Assembly: GCA_934096985.1 (NCBI GenBank) | Contig: CAKONC010000001.1 | Location: 128,771-192,770 of the forward strand | DNA: 64,000 bases | DNA from: an uncultured Bacilli bacterium | GTDB taxonomy: Bacteria > Bacillota_I > Bacilli_A > RF39 > UBA660 | Direction: 5' to 3' | Part shown: piece after piece, positions 32,844 to 43,770 of the stretch | Layout: every line of letters begins with the position of its first letter | How positions within the stretch are numbered: the stretch's first letter is position 1 | Notes under the pieces: model-generated | Told to the model about the DNA's origin: nothing | Databases searched by the model: none | The model's input: the letters and a program-made list of their open reading frames with translations, nothing else | Program-made: the position numbers and the translations under genes

Positions 32844-34637
32844 ATGAAATCAAATATTAGAAACTTTTCAATTATTGCTCATATAGATCATGGTAAAAGT
32901 ACTTTAGCAGATCGCTTTTTGGAACTTACAAATACATATGAAAGTCGTAATAATGAAACCCAAATTTTAGACAATATGGACCTTGAAAAAGAAAGAGGCA
33001 TAACAATTAAATTAAACGCGGTATGTTTAGATTATGAATATAAAGGTGAGAAATATACTTTAAATTTAATTGATACTCCGGGTCATGTAGACTTTTCATA
33101 TGAAGTTTCCCGAAGCTTGGCAGCTTGTGAAGGTGCAATTTTAGTGGTTGATGCCTCTCAAGGAATTGAAGCTCAAACTTTAGCAAATCTTTATTTAGCA
33201 ATGGAAAATGATTTAACAATTATTCCAGTTATTAATAAAATTGATTTACCAAATGCTAATACTGAAAAAGTAAAAAATGAATTAGTTAAAACCTTAGGAT
33301 TTAAAGAAGACGAAATACTTCTTTGTAGTGCTAAAACTGGTTTAGGTGTTAAGGAAATTTTAGATGCTGTTATTGAAAGAGTACAACCCCCAGTAATTAA
33401 GGAAAATGATAAATTGCGTGCTTTAATTTTTGATAGTCATTTTGACTCTTATAGAGGTGTAGTTCTTCTTGTGAAGGTTATGGAAGGTAGCATTAAAGTA
33501 AAAGATAAAATTAAAATGATGCAAATGGATTCTGTTTTCGAAGTTACTGAAGTAGGAGTTAATAAAATTGTAAATAAGCCATTAGATAAACTTTCAAGCG
33601 GTATGGTTGGCTATGTTGCTGCTGCTATAAAAGATATATCAAAAGTAGCTGTTGGTGATACTATTACCCTTGAAAGTAATCCAGCTTTAGAACCTTTACA
33701 CGGATATAAAAAAATGAAGCCTATGGTTTTTTCAGGTATATTTCCTACAGAGGCAAATAAATATGATGAGTTAAAAGATGCTTTAGAAAAATTAAAATTA
33801 AATGATGCATCTTTAACAATTAGTCCAGAAAACTCAATAGCTTTAGGATTTGGTTTTAGAACAGGCTTTTTAGGACTTCTTCACATGGACATAGTTCTTA
33901 CAAGACTAGAAAGAGAATTTAATTTAGAAACTATTGCCACAAGTCCATCAGTTGTCTATAAAGTAGGACTTACATCTGGTGATGAAATTGAAGTTTCTAG
34001 TCCAAATGAAATGCCTGAAAAAGTGAAAATTGCATATATTAAAGAACCTTATATCTATACAAATATTATAACGCCAACTGAGTTTATTGGTCCAATAATG
34101 ACTCTTTGCCAAAATAAAAGAGGCATCTATGATGTAACTGAGTATCTAGATGAAACTAGAGTAAATATTCATTATTATATTCCTTTAGGAGAAATTATTT
34201 ATGATTTTTATGATAAATTAAAAAGTACAACTAAAGGATATGCTTCTTTTGACTATGAAATGAGTGATTATAGGGAAAGTAAACTTGTTAAAATGGACAT
34301 TTTACTAAATGGTCAAATTGTTGATGCTTTATCAGTTATTGTCCATGAAGATTTTGCTTATAGTAAGGGTAGATATATTGTTACTAAACTTAGAAAAACA
34401 ATACCAAGACAGATGTTTGAAGTGCCTATTCAGGCAAGTATTGGCTCAAAAGTAATTGCAAGAGAAAATGTAAGTGCAATGAAGAAAAACGTGCTAGCCA
34501 AATGCTATGGTGGTGATGTATCTAGAAAAAGAAAACTATTAGAAAAGCAAAAAGAGGGCAAGAAAAAAATGAAAATGATAGGCTCAGTAGAGGTTCCTAA
34601 AGAAGCATTTTTAAGTATTTTAAGTGATGAGGAATAA
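32844..34637 (+). CDS. lepA: elongation factor 4 (LepA)
   Basis: '[10 protein letters not shown]' G1 motif, 'DTPGHVDF' motif, and the LepA-specific C-terminal domain. Confidence 0.92.
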   Translation: MKSNIRNFSIIAHIDHGKSTLADRFLELTNTYESRNNETQILDNMDLEKERGITIKLNAVCLDYEYKGEKYTLNLIDTPGHVDFSYEVSRSLAACEGAILVVDASQGIEAQTLANLYLAMENDLTIIPVINKIDLPNANTEKVKNELVKTLGFKEDEILLCSAKTGLGVKEILDAVIERVQPPVIKENDKLRALIFDSHFDSYRGVVLLVKVMEGSIKVKDKIKMMQMDSVFEVTEVGVNKIVNKPLDKLSSGMVGYVAAAIKDISKVAVGDTITLESNPALEPLHGYKKMKPMVFSGIFPTEANKYDELKDALEKLKLNDASLTISPENSIALGFGFRTGFLGLLHMDIVLTRLEREFNLETIATSPSVVYKVGLTSGDEIEVSSPNEMPEKVKIAYIKEPYIYTNIITPTEFIGPIMTLCQNKRGIYDVTEYLDETRVNIHYYIPLGEIIYDFYDKLKSTTKGYASFDYEMSDYRESKLVKMDILLNGQIVDALSVIVHEDFAYSKGRYIVTKLRKTIPRQMFEVPIQASIGSKVIARENVSAMKKNVLAKCYGGDVSRKRKLLEKQKEGKKKMKMIGSVEVPKEAFLSILSDEE

Positions 34638-34652
34638 GAAAGGTAGTAAATA

Positions 34653-34961
34653 ATGAGAAGTAAAAGTCAAGAAGAAGAGATGAAAGTTAAAATTTTATTA
34701 TTAAGTAAACTTTTTTTAGAGAGTAATTATTCTGATATAGAACTTTCGAATATTACAGGAATTAGTTCTTCGAGTGTAGGAAGGTATCTTACAAGTCCAT
34801 TTGCAATGGAAATTTTAGGACCAGAAACATTTAATTTTATAGCACAAAAACGTAGAGAGAATTTATATAATGCAAAAATCAAAGGTGGTCAAGTGTTTGC
34901 AAGACAAAATATTTTACGTAGAGAAGAAGACGGAAAAATCATAGGTAGTAAAAAAAGATGA
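34653..34961 (+). CDS. small HTH-containing protein
   Basis: 'ITGISSSSVGRYL' helix-turn-helix-like segment. Confidence 0.4.
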   Translation: MRSKSQEEEMKVKILLLSKLFLESNYSDIELSNITGISSSSVGRYLTSPFAMEILGPETFNFIAQKRRENLYNAKIKGGQVFARQNILRREEDGKIIGSKKR

Positions 34962-36043
34962 TAAAAAGTGCTTATGTGCATATTCCGTTTTGTAAAAGTA
35001 TTTGTTCATATTGTGATTTTTGTAAAATGCTTTATAATGAGAAATTTATAGATGAGTATTTATTAGCACTTACTAAAGAAATAAAAACTAATTATAAAAA
35101 TGAGGCTTTAAGTACTCTTTATGTCGGTGGGGGAACACCATCAAGTTTAAGTATTAAGTTATTAGCTAAATTATTAGATATTCTAAAAATCTTTAATCTT
35201 TCAGATAACTATGAATTTACTTTTGAATGTAACATATCTGATATTAATGAAGATTTTTTAAAAGTTATAAAAAAATCTAAAATAAATAGATTAAGTATTG
35301 GCATAGAGTCATTTGACGAAGAAAACCTAAAGTTTTTAAATAGAAAATCCACATATAATGATGCTAAGGAAAAAATATCTTTATGTAAAAAATATGGTTT
35401 TAATAACATAAATGTTGATTTGATTTATGCACTTCCAAGTGAAAATATAAATACTTTAAAATCTGATTTAGAAAAGATTATATCACTTGATGTAACTCAT
35501 ATAAGTACATATAGTTTAATGATTGAGCCAAATACATTGTTAAGTATTAAAAATGTAAAACCTATAAATGAAAAATTAGATAAAAAAATGTATGATGTTA
35601 TTTGTAAAACCTTAAAAAATAATGGCTTTAATCATTATGAAATCAGCAATTTTTCAAAACCAAACTACGAGTCAAAACATAATTTAGTTTATTGGCATAA
35701 TGAAAAATATTATGGTTTTGGTTTAGGTGCTTCGGGATATATTCATGATTTTAGATATAATAATACAAAAAATTTTAAAAGCTATATAAGTGGTAAGTTT
35801 CTTAGTGAAAAAGAAAATATTACTAAGAAAGATAATATTTCCTATGGACTTATTTTAGGGTTTAGATTAGTAAAAGGAATAAGTGTAAAAAATTTTTTCT
35901 CTAAATATGATGTTGATTTATTAGAAAATGAAAAAATTTTAAAGTTATTAAAAAATAAAAAATTAATTTTAAAAAATGGTTATTTGAGTATTAATAAAAA
36001 ATATTTATATGTTGAAAATGAAATTTTAATAGAATTTATTTAA
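34958..36043 (+). CDS. hemW: radical-SAM heme chaperone HemW (HemN-like)
   Basis: 'CKSICSYCDFC' C-x3-C-x2-C radical-SAM motif and HemW length. Confidence 0.85.
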   Translation: MIKSAYVHIPFCKSICSYCDFCKMLYNEKFIDEYLLALTKEIKTNYKNEALSTLYVGGGTPSSLSIKLLAKLLDILKIFNLSDNYEFTFECNISDINEDFLKVIKKSKINRLSIGIESFDEENLKFLNRKSTYNDAKEKISLCKKYGFNNINVDLIYALPSENINTLKSDLEKIISLDVTHISTYSLMIEPNTLLSIKNVKPINEKLDKKMYDVICKTLKNNGFNHYEISNFSKPNYESKHNLVYWHNEKYYGFGLGASGYIHDFRYNNTKNFKSYISGKFLSEKENITKKDNISYGLILGFRLVKGISVKNFFSKYDVDLLENEKILKLLKNKKLILKNGYLSINKKYLYVENEILIEFI

Positions 36044-36061
36044 AAGGAGAAATTATAATAA

Positions 36062-36454
36062 ATGCTTTATAATCTAGAAATATTAAATGGAGAAATAACT
36101 CCGCAGTTTAGTAGTGAAGTATTTAATTATGAAGTAAATGTAGATTCAAGTGCTTTAACTTTAATCTTTAATTATGATACATGTGATACGTGTAATGTTA
36201 CTGTATATGGAAATAATTTCCTTACAGAGGGTGAAAATCATGTTCTAATTGAGGTATATGACAAAGAACTTATTACTTATACATTAACGGTTAATAAAGA
36301 AAAGAAAAGTGAAAGCGTGTTTAGTGAAACAAATGATAAAATTGAGGTTAAAGTAAATAATAATAAAGAAATATTTACTCCCTTAATTGGAGTAGTATGT
36401 TTTTTATCAATTTTGACATTATTTTATGTTATTTTTCATAAGAAAAAAGTATGA
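36062..36454 (+). CDS. cadherin-like beta-sandwich domain protein with C-terminal TM anchor
   Basis: 'LNGEITPQFSSEVFNYEVNVDS' pattern of the cadherin-like domain. Hydrophobic C-terminus. Confidence 0.5.
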   Translation: MLYNLEILNGEITPQFSSEVFNYEVNVDSSALTLIFNYDTCDTCNVTVYGNNFLTEGENHVLIEVYDKELITYTLTVNKEKKSESVFSETNDKIEVKVNNNKEIFTPLIGVVCFLSILTLFYVIFHKKKV

Positions 36455-37041
36455 ATGAATTTAAATTAATTGCACATAGGGGAATGCATTTTAATAAAAA
36501 TGAAGAAAACACACTTTTTTCTTTTTTTAATGCTATAAATAATAATTATGAAGGATTTGAATGTGATGTAAGGCAAACTAAAGATGAAAAATTAATTATT
36601 TATCACGATATTTTATATAAGGGAAAGATATTAAGAAATATACTTTATAAAAATATCGATAATGCTTTGCTTTTAGAAAATGTTTTAAAAATAAAAACTG
36701 ATAAAATAATTTTATTAGAAATAAAAGATCCTTTTATTAATATAGAAAAACTTAAAGATTTATTATTTAAATATAAAAATAAAAATATTTATGTTATGTC
36801 ATTTCATGATAGTATAATTGATAAACTTAATGTAACTGGCAAAACTTATAAAGTTGGTGTTCTTAATTATGTACTAAATACAAATAAATCACATTTTAAA
36901 TACGATTTTATTTGTATATTAAATACACTTTTAAATCAGAAAACTATAGATTATATTTTTTCAAATAAGCAAGAACTATTTATTTATGGAATAAAAGAAA
37001 ATAAATTTACTTATAATTGGCCTTATTATATTGTAAATTAA
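36451..37041 (+). CDS. glycerophosphodiester phosphodiesterase family protein
   Basis: 'AHRG...ENT...ECDV..TKD..L.I.HD' GDPD active-site pattern. Confidence 0.7.
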   Translation: MNEFKLIAHRGMHFNKNEENTLFSFFNAINNNYEGFECDVRQTKDEKLIIYHDILYKGKILRNILYKNIDNALLLENVLKIKTDKIILLEIKDPFINIEKLKDLLFKYKNKNIYVMSFHDSIIDKLNVTGKTYKVGVLNYVLNTNKSHFKYDFICILNTLLNQKTIDYIFSNKQELFIYGIKENKFTYNWPYYIVN

Positions 37042-37095
37042 AGTAAAATTTAGTAAAATTATTTTAGAATAGAAAAGGGAGTAGGAAGGTTCATA

Positions 37096-38481
37096 ATGGT
37101 ATTTTCAAGCATTTCATTTTTATATTATTTTTTGCCAGTATTTTTAGTTTTATATTTCTTAACTCCTGTAAAATATAGAAATATTACTTTATTAATTGGT
37201 AGTTTATTATTTTATTTTTATGGAGAGCAAAGATATTTTTATATAATTATTTTGATGGGACTAATAAATTACTTAATAGGAAATAAGTTATCAAAAAGTA
37301 AAAGCAAGTTTATTTTAACTATTGGAATTTTAATAAATATCTTAGTATTATTTTATTTTAAATATTATGATTTTTTTGTTCAAAATTTTAATAATATATT
37401 TGGTTTTAATATAAGTTTTTTAAATATTATAATTCCTTTAGGGATAAGTTTTTTTACTTTTAAAAATATAAGTTATATCGTTGATATTTATAATGGCAAA
37501 ATTCAAAAGGCTAAAAATCTATTTTATTATTTAACTTATTTAGTAATGTTTCCAAGTTTAGTGCAAGGGCCTATCGTTAGGTATGAAACAGTTTCTGAAG
37601 AGTTAGAAAAAAGAAGTAGTTCATTTAATTTATTTTCTAAAGGTGTTTCAAGATTTGTAATTGGTCTTTCTAAAAAAGTTATTTTAGCAGATACCTTAGG
37701 AAAGTTTATAAGTAGTTTAAGTTTAATTGAAAGTCAAACAGTACTTTCTGCTTGGTTAAAAGCAATTTGTGATATCACTAGATTATATTTAGATTTTTCT
37801 GGTTATAGTGATATGGCAATTGGACTTGGATTAATGTTAGGCTTTCACTTTTTGGAAAACTTTAATTATCCATTTTGTGCAAGTTCACTTACAGACTTTT
37901 GGCGTAGATGGCATATTTCATTATCAAGTTTCTTCAAAGACTATATTTATATTCCTTTAGGAGGAAGTAGGGTTAATAAATTTAGAAAATATTTAAATAT
38001 TTTTATTGTTTGGTTTGTTACAGGCCTTTGGCATGGCGCAAGTTGGAATTTTATTTTATGGGGATTATATTTTGGCATATTTTTGGTAATAGAAAAGAAA
38101 TTATTTTATAATTTTTTTCAAAAACATAAAATACTAGGAAATATTTGGACCAATATTTTAGTTATTATAGGATTTGTTATGTTTTATCAATATAATATTT
38201 CTGATATAACAAAATTACTTGGTTTAATGTTTGGTAAAAATGCTTCTTTAGTAAATATTGAAACTATTTATTATTTGAAAAATTATTTAGTATTATTAAT
38301 TATTTCTTTTATATGCTGTACACCACTTATAAAAAATGTAATTTTAAAATTAAGAAAAAACAAAAAATGGAATGTGATTATAAATATATTAGAAACTATT
38401 TCATATGTAGTACTTCTTATTATTTGTACATCATTTATAATTGATGCATCATCAAGTCCATTTTTATATTTTAGGTTTTAA
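37096..38481 (+). CDS. MBOAT-family membrane O-acyltransferase (DltB/AlgI/PatA-like)
   Basis: 'FWRRWHISLSSFF' conserved His region and 10 or more transmembrane segments. Confidence 0.8.
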   Translation: MVFSSISFLYYFLPVFLVLYFLTPVKYRNITLLIGSLLFYFYGEQRYFYIIILMGLINYLIGNKLSKSKSKFILTIGILINILVLFYFKYYDFFVQNFNNIFGFNISFLNIIIPLGISFFTFKNISYIVDIYNGKIQKAKNLFYYLTYLVMFPSLVQGPIVRYETVSEELEKRSSSFNLFSKGVSRFVIGLSKKVILADTLGKFISSLSLIESQTVLSAWLKAICDITRLYLDFSGYSDMAIGLGLMLGFHFLENFNYPFCASSLTDFWRRWHISLSSFFKDYIYIPLGGSRVNKFRKYLNIFIVWFVTGLWHGASWNFILWGLYFGIFLVIEKKLFYNFFQKHKILGNIWTNILVIIGFVMFYQYNISDITKLLGLMFGKNASLVNIETIYYLKNYLVLLIISFICCTPLIKNVILKLRKNKKWNVIINILETISYVVLLIICTSFIIDASSSPFLYFRF

Positions 38482-38490
38482 GAGGTTAAT

Positions 38491-39585
38491 ATGAAAGAAA
38501 AAATTGTATCAATTTTATTTGTATCTATGTTGTTAGTTTTAGGCTTAGGAAGTATTATTGCCAAAGATAATGATATTTCATATAAAGAAAGAAGAACTTT
38601 AACAAAAATGCCTTCATTAAATTTAAAAAGTATTTTTTCTGGTGATAATTATTTTGAAAATTTAACAAATTATTTTAATGATCAATTTATTTTCAGAGAT
38701 AATTTTAAGTCTTTGAAAGGAATTACAACAAGCAAAATATTTCTTATGAAAGAAAATAATGGTATATATGAAAAAGATAATTATTTATTTCAAATGGAAA
38801 CAAATGTAAATAAAAAGTCAATTGACAATTTATTAAATAAAATAAAATATATTGATAATACTTATTTAGATAATCAAAACAAATATTTTGTAATGATTCC
38901 AGATAAAAATTATTATTTAGATGATGAAAATATTCCTAAACTAGGGTATAATAATATTATAGATAGTCTAAAAAATGGGCTACCTAATGATGTTAAATGG
39001 ATTGACATAACAAAATCTTTAACTTTAGATTCGTATTATAAAACTGATATTCATTTTAAAGAAAGTAAGTTAAGTGATGTAGTAAAAACTTTATCTAATA
39101 ATATGAATTTTGAAAGTAGTAATACTAATTATACTTTAAAAAAATATTATCCTTTTTATGGTGCACTTTATGGAAAGGTTGCTAGTAATATTAAAGCAGA
39201 TGAAATTGAATATTTAACAAATGATGTTATTAATAATGCTAGCGTTTATAATTATGAAAAAAATAGAGTAGAAAAAGTATATATGGAAGATTACTTAAAA
39301 AATGTTGATAGTTATGATGTATTTTTATCAGGAGCAACACCACTTTTAATTATTGAAAATAAATTTAATGATTCAGGAAAAGAACTTGTAATGTTTAGAG
39401 ATTCTTTTGCTAGTTCATTAGCACCTTTATTAATTGAAAGTTATTCTAAAATAGTAATGGTTGATTTAAGATACGTTAGTAGTAAATATCTTGAAAAAAT
39501 TAATGAATTTTCTGTTAAAGAAGATGCAGATGTTATGTTTATTTATAGTACAGTTATTATTAATAATAGTTTTTCTTTAAAGTAG
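38491..39585 (+). CDS. DltD/AlgJ-like partner protein of the MBOAT acyltransferase
   Basis: Signal-anchor N-terminus. Positional partner of the MBOAT gene. Confidence 0.5.
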   Translation: MKEKIVSILFVSMLLVLGLGSIIAKDNDISYKERRTLTKMPSLNLKSIFSGDNYFENLTNYFNDQFIFRDNFKSLKGITTSKIFLMKENNGIYEKDNYLFQMETNVNKKSIDNLLNKIKYIDNTYLDNQNKYFVMIPDKNYYLDDENIPKLGYNNIIDSLKNGLPNDVKWIDITKSLTLDSYYKTDIHFKESKLSDVVKTLSNNMNFESSNTNYTLKKYYPFYGALYGKVASNIKADEIEYLTNDVINNASVYNYEKNRVEKVYMEDYLKNVDSYDVFLSGATPLLIIENKFNDSGKELVMFRDSFASSLAPLLIESYSKIVMVDLRYVSSKYLEKINEFSVKEDADVMFIYSTVIINNSFSLK

Positions 39586-39601
39586 TAAGGAGTGTGGGTA
39601 T

Positions 39602-40072
39602 ATGAAGAAAAAAATTAGTTTAGTATTACTTGTAATTATGGTTACTTTATTATGTTCAGCATGTGGTAAGAAAGAAGAAAACATAAAAGGAAACTTACCA
39701 GATTTAATGAATAAATTATATGAAAATCTTGATGGTTTTTCCACTGAAAATTTACAGCAGGTAGCATTTACAAAAGATGAACAAGAATATTTTATCGGAG
39801 ATGTTTCATTTGATTATAAAGATGCATTAGCAAGTGAACCAGTTATGTCTTCGGTAGCTCATTCAGTTGTTTTAATTAGATTAAATTCTTCGAAAGATGC
39901 AGAAAAAGCTACAAAAGAAATAAAAGAAAAAGTAGATCCTAGAAAATGGGTATGTGTAGAAGTTGAAGAGAAAAATGTAATTGTCGAAAGCAAGGGAGAT
40001 TTAGTACTTTTAGCAATGGATAATCAGTATTCTGAGGCTATTAAAGAAAATTTTCTGAATTTAAAAAATTAA
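39602..40072 (+). CDS. lipoprotein (DUF4358-like)
   Basis: Lipobox 'LLCSACG'. Confidence 0.6.
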   Translation: MKKKISLVLLVIMVTLLCSACGKKEENIKGNLPDLMNKLYENLDGFSTENLQQVAFTKDEQEYFIGDVSFDYKDALASEPVMSSVAHSVVLIRLNSSKDAEKATKEIKEKVDPRKWVCVEVEEKNVIVESKGDLVLLAMDNQYSEAIKENFLNLKN

Positions 40073-40153
40073 AGTAAATTTTGTAAAAAAATTGTATATC
40101 AAAGCGAGGCAACTTGCTTTTTTTTATAAAAAAGATTATTCTAATTATGAAGG

Positions 40154-41080
40154 ATGTTTTTTATGGAAAAACAAATTAAATTAAAAAAGAACATTATTAT
40201 ATTTTATGTTTTACTTTTTCTAATAGTATTTATATCTATTATAGTTTTGTTTTTGAAAAATATTTTAATAAAAAGTAATTTTACAAATAAAAGTAATAAT
40301 TCAAATAACATTGTAAAAGTTGAAAATAATACAGTAGAAAATATTCCGAGTGAAAATGTAGAAAATAAAACTCCTACAGAAAATGATAACAAAACTTTAG
40401 ATGACAATATGAATGTAACCGATAATGAACCTACTGTAGATAATAAAACAAATCCTACTGAAAATGAAACTCCTTCAGTTACTAAACCAAATTCTACATA
40501 TGTTCAAGATGAATTTTTAATTGATGATATAACTAACGAAGATGCTAAAAATATCTTTATTGAAAAACACGCTATGGTAGTCGGTGATTCAATGGGAGAG
40601 GGTTTAGATTGCTATAAAGTACTTAATTCAGAAAGCGTTGTATGGGCTCGTGGAAGAAGAATTGATACAATGAAAAATGATTTAGATAAAGTAATTACAT
40701 ATAATCCAAAATTTTTATTTCTATCTTATGGTGCAAATGATATAAAATCATGGTCATATAATTATGATGGTTGGATTAATAAATATAGAGAAGTTATATT
40801 AATGATACAAAGTGCTCTTCCAGAAACAAAGATAATTGTTAATTCTGTTTTACCTGTAGGAGATTACGCTTTGCAAAGTGATCCATCATTTACTTATCAA
40901 GAAACATATAATGAAAAACTTAAAGAATTAGCCAAAGAACTTGGTATTCAGTTTTTGGAAAATGGTATTTATTTAAATGATCGCGTAAATTCTTTTTCAT
41001 CAGATGGTGTTCATCCAAAAGCTAGCTTCTTCTTTTTATGGGGAAGACACATGGCAAGTTATTTAAAAAGTGTAAACTAA
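40154..41080 (+). CDS. SGNH/GDSL-family hydrolase, membrane anchored
   Basis: 'VVGDSMGEG' block I, a 'YGANDI' block, and a 'DGVHP' block V. N-terminal TM plus an Asn/Thr-rich linker. Confidence 0.7.
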   Translation: MFFMEKQIKLKKNIIIFYVLLFLIVFISIIVLFLKNILIKSNFTNKSNNSNNIVKVENNTVENIPSENVENKTPTENDNKTLDDNMNVTDNEPTVDNKTNPTENETPSVTKPNSTYVQDEFLIDDITNEDAKNIFIEKHAMVVGDSMGEGLDCYKVLNSESVVWARGRRIDTMKNDLDKVITYNPKFLFLSYGANDIKSWSYNYDGWINKYREVILMIQSALPETKIIVNSVLPVGDYALQSDPSFTYQETYNEKLKELAKELGIQFLENGIYLNDRVNSFSSDGVHPKASFFFLWGRHMASYLKSVN

Positions 41081-41147
41081 AGTAAACTGAAAACGAATAA
41101 TTTTTCAGTTTTTATTTTTTATGCTATTATAAATATGGTGGTAAAAT

Positions 41148-42173
41148 ATGAAATGTGTAAAATTAACAGGTGTTAAAAATTTAAATGTAGCACAAGAAAA
41201 TGAAATTGTAAGTGATGGCAAAAAAGTAATTTTTAAAGTAGATACTTGCGGTATTTGTGGTTCTGATATACATTATTGGGATATGGGTCAACCTGAAGGC
41301 TTAGTAATGGGTCATGAATTTTGTGGAACAGTTGTCGATCCTGGTAGTAGAGCTGATTTAAAAATTGGTGATAGAATAACTGGACTTCCTATTTCTCCGT
41401 GTGGAAAATGTGATGCTTGTAAAAGTGGAAATCCTCAATATTGTCCTGAAACATGGGCTCATGCAGTAGGACTTTCTTTAGATTATCCTGGTGCATATGC
41501 GCAAATGTCAAGTTGCCATCCAGATATGGTTAGAAAACTTCCAGATAATGTTTCAAACGAAGAGGCTTGTATGGTAGAACCTTCTGCAGTAAGTTTACAT
41601 GGTATTGGTCTTGCAAACATTAATGTAGGTGACAAAGTTGCCATAATTGGTGGCGGAATTATTGGCCTTATGGCTGCAGAATTTGCTAAAATGGCAGGAG
41701 CTACATATATAGCGCTTCTTGAAACAAATGAAAATCGTGGAAAGAAGGCTTTAAAATTTGGCTGTGTTGATGAATATTTCAATGCTTTAGATGATAATCT
41801 AGTTCCTATGTTAAAAGAAAAAACTGCTGGTGGATTTGATAAAGTTATTGATTGTTGTGGTAATTCTGCTGCAGTAAGTGAAGCTATAATGATAACTAAA
41901 AATGGTGGAACAATAGTTTTAGTTGGTGTTTCAATGGCTCCAATAACAATTCCAACTGTAGTATCTGTTATGGGTGAAATAACTATGAAAGGTTCAATTG
42001 CATATACTGAGTTTGATTTTGATAGAACTATTAAATTAATTGCAGATGGCAAATTAAATGTAAAGAAATATATTGATGACATAATACCTTTAGAAAAAGC
42101 TCAAGAAGCTTTTGAAAGATTAACATCAGGAACCGATGATGCAATTAAAATTATTTTTAAACCAAATAATTAA
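41148..42173 (+). CDS. zinc-dependent medium-chain dehydrogenase (sorbitol/threonine dehydrogenase-like)
   Basis: 'CGICGSDIHYW', 'GHEFCGTV', a C-x2-C-x2-C-x7-C structural zinc site, and a 'GGGIIGL' Rossmann motif. Confidence 0.85.
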   Translation: MKCVKLTGVKNLNVAQENEIVSDGKKVIFKVDTCGICGSDIHYWDMGQPEGLVMGHEFCGTVVDPGSRADLKIGDRITGLPISPCGKCDACKSGNPQYCPETWAHAVGLSLDYPGAYAQMSSCHPDMVRKLPDNVSNEEACMVEPSAVSLHGIGLANINVGDKVAIIGGGIIGLMAAEFAKMAGATYIALLETNENRGKKALKFGCVDEYFNALDDNLVPMLKEKTAGGFDKVIDCCGNSAAVSEAIMITKNGGTIVLVGVSMAPITIPTVVSVMGEITMKGSIAYTEFDFDRTIKLIADGKLNVKKYIDDIIPLEKAQEAFERLTSGTDDAIKIIFKPNN

Positions 42174-42250
42174 TCAACATATTTAAAAAAGTGTTTATTT
42201 ACATAAAAATCTTAAATTTGTACAATTATAATAGAAAGGAGAAAAAATAT

Positions 42251-42799
42251 ATGTTAGAAAAATTTAATAAATTTTTATATTCATCAATAATATTATCAGT
42301 ATTAATGTTTGTTTTAGGATTAATATTTATGATTTATCCAAATGTATCATTTTCAGTAATTACTTATATAGTAGCTGTATTTCTAATTATTAATGGAATT
42401 TACTTTATTATAGAAAAAGATACAAGTTTATTTTTTTCAGGTTTCTTAACTTTAGGAGTTCTAGAATTATTAATGGGAATTATAATGATTATTAATCCTC
42501 AGATAGTTAAAACATTATTTCCTATAGTAGTGGGAATATCAATGGTTGTAAAATCTGCTCTTGATTTAAGAATATCTTTATTATTAAGCGGTAGTGGTTA
42601 CAAAAATTGGCTAATTCTATTTATATGTTCACTTCTTTCAATTATCTGTGGAATTTATATTATAATAAATCCAGGTATTGGAAGTGAAGTAATAACTACT
42701 TATGTTGGTATAGTAATAATGGTTTATGCAGTATCAAATATTATAGATACAATTATCTTCAAAAAGCATGTAAATGATATAGTTAAACTTTTAAAATAG
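42251..42799 (+). CDS. DUF308/HdeD-family membrane protein
   Basis: Repeated short TM hairpins. AAAGGAG RBS before the ATG at 42251. Confidence 0.6.
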   Translation: MLEKFNKFLYSSIILSVLMFVLGLIFMIYPNVSFSVITYIVAVFLIINGIYFIIEKDTSLFFSGFLTLGVLELLMGIIMIINPQIVKTLFPIVVGISMVVKSALDLRISLLLSGSGYKNWLILFICSLLSIICGIYIIINPGIGSEVITTYVGIVIMVYAVSNIIDTIIFKKHVNDIVKLLK

Positions 42800-42852
42800 G
42801 TTACAACCTATTTTTTTTATAATTTAAGGTTTATTTAGTAAATAATCAAACC

Positions 42853-43044
42853 ATGATACTTTCAAAAGAACAAATATACGATAAAGTGTGGGGCATTGAA
42901 AATGAAAGTGAATCAAATTATATGGAAGCATATATGTCATTTTTAAGAAAAAAACTAAAAGCAATAGCTTCAAGTGTAACTATAAAGTCCTATCGAAATT
43001 TAGGCTATAAATTGGAAGTTCAAAATGAAGAAGTTAAAAAGTAA
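42853..43044 (+). pseudogene. C-terminal winged-helix fragment of an OmpR-family response regulator (N-terminal receiver domain missing)
   Basis: 'LSKEQIYDKVWG...YMSFLRKKL...IKSYRNLGYKL' is the OmpR C-terminal motif. No receiver domain upstream. Confidence 0.6.
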
Positions 43045-43186
43045 AGTATTTTTATTTAATTATTTAGTTTTAACATTTTGTTTAATAACTATTATTACTA
43101 TTTTCAATGTACAAAAGTATTTTGAAGTTAAAAAGAAAATAGAAAATTCTTTGAAAGATATAAAAGAAAATAATTTAAGAGCTCAA

Positions 43187-43741
43187 AATAATGACCGTAA
43201 AGATGAACCATTTGAAAAGATAGTTTCAGATACAACTTCATTCTATTTCAAAGGAAAAAAATATGATTGGACATTTTATTTAGATGTGTTTAATAATGAA
43301 ATTGTTGGATTAGATGTAAGATAAACAATGTACGGAAATGGTATATTAAATCATAAAAAAGCTGTAGAAAATATGCTAAATAACAAAATAAAAAGAGGAT
43401 ATAAAGACCTAGACACAATAGTTCACATAGATCAAGGCATTATTTATTCCTCAGTATCATTTAAAAATATATTTAATTCCTATAACATAACCAGATCTAC
43501 GTCTAGAGCTGGTACACCAACAGATAATCCAGTTATTGAATCCAAAAATGGATGGTTAAAGAAAAAAATGTATATTGATTTTGACGTAAATAATTATAAC
43601 ACAGTTAAAGAATTTATTGATGATATTATTTGGGATAATAATAACTATAGACCCAGTTATGCTTTAAATTATAAAAACCCAATTGAATATAGAACTCAAC
43701 TGGGCTTTCAACAATACTTTTTTAGTGTCTACTTTTTGTTG
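43187..43741 (+). mobile_element. IS3-family transposase (OrfB/rve integrase core) relic, 5'-truncated with an in-frame stop
   Basis: 'WTFYLDVFNNEIVGLDV', then stop (TAA 43322-24), then 'IVHIDQGIIYSS...RAGTPTDNPVIES...YRPSYALNYKNPIEY'. rve DDE region in order. No OrfA and no terminal inverted repeats seen. Confidence 0.65.
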
Positions 43742-43770
43742 ACAACTTCATTTTTAATAAGTAGCATTTT

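Noticed and set aside
41483-42082. 199-aa antisense ORF
   Set aside because: It is fully embedded antisense in the well-supported zinc dehydrogenase gene. It is a GC-driven open frame.
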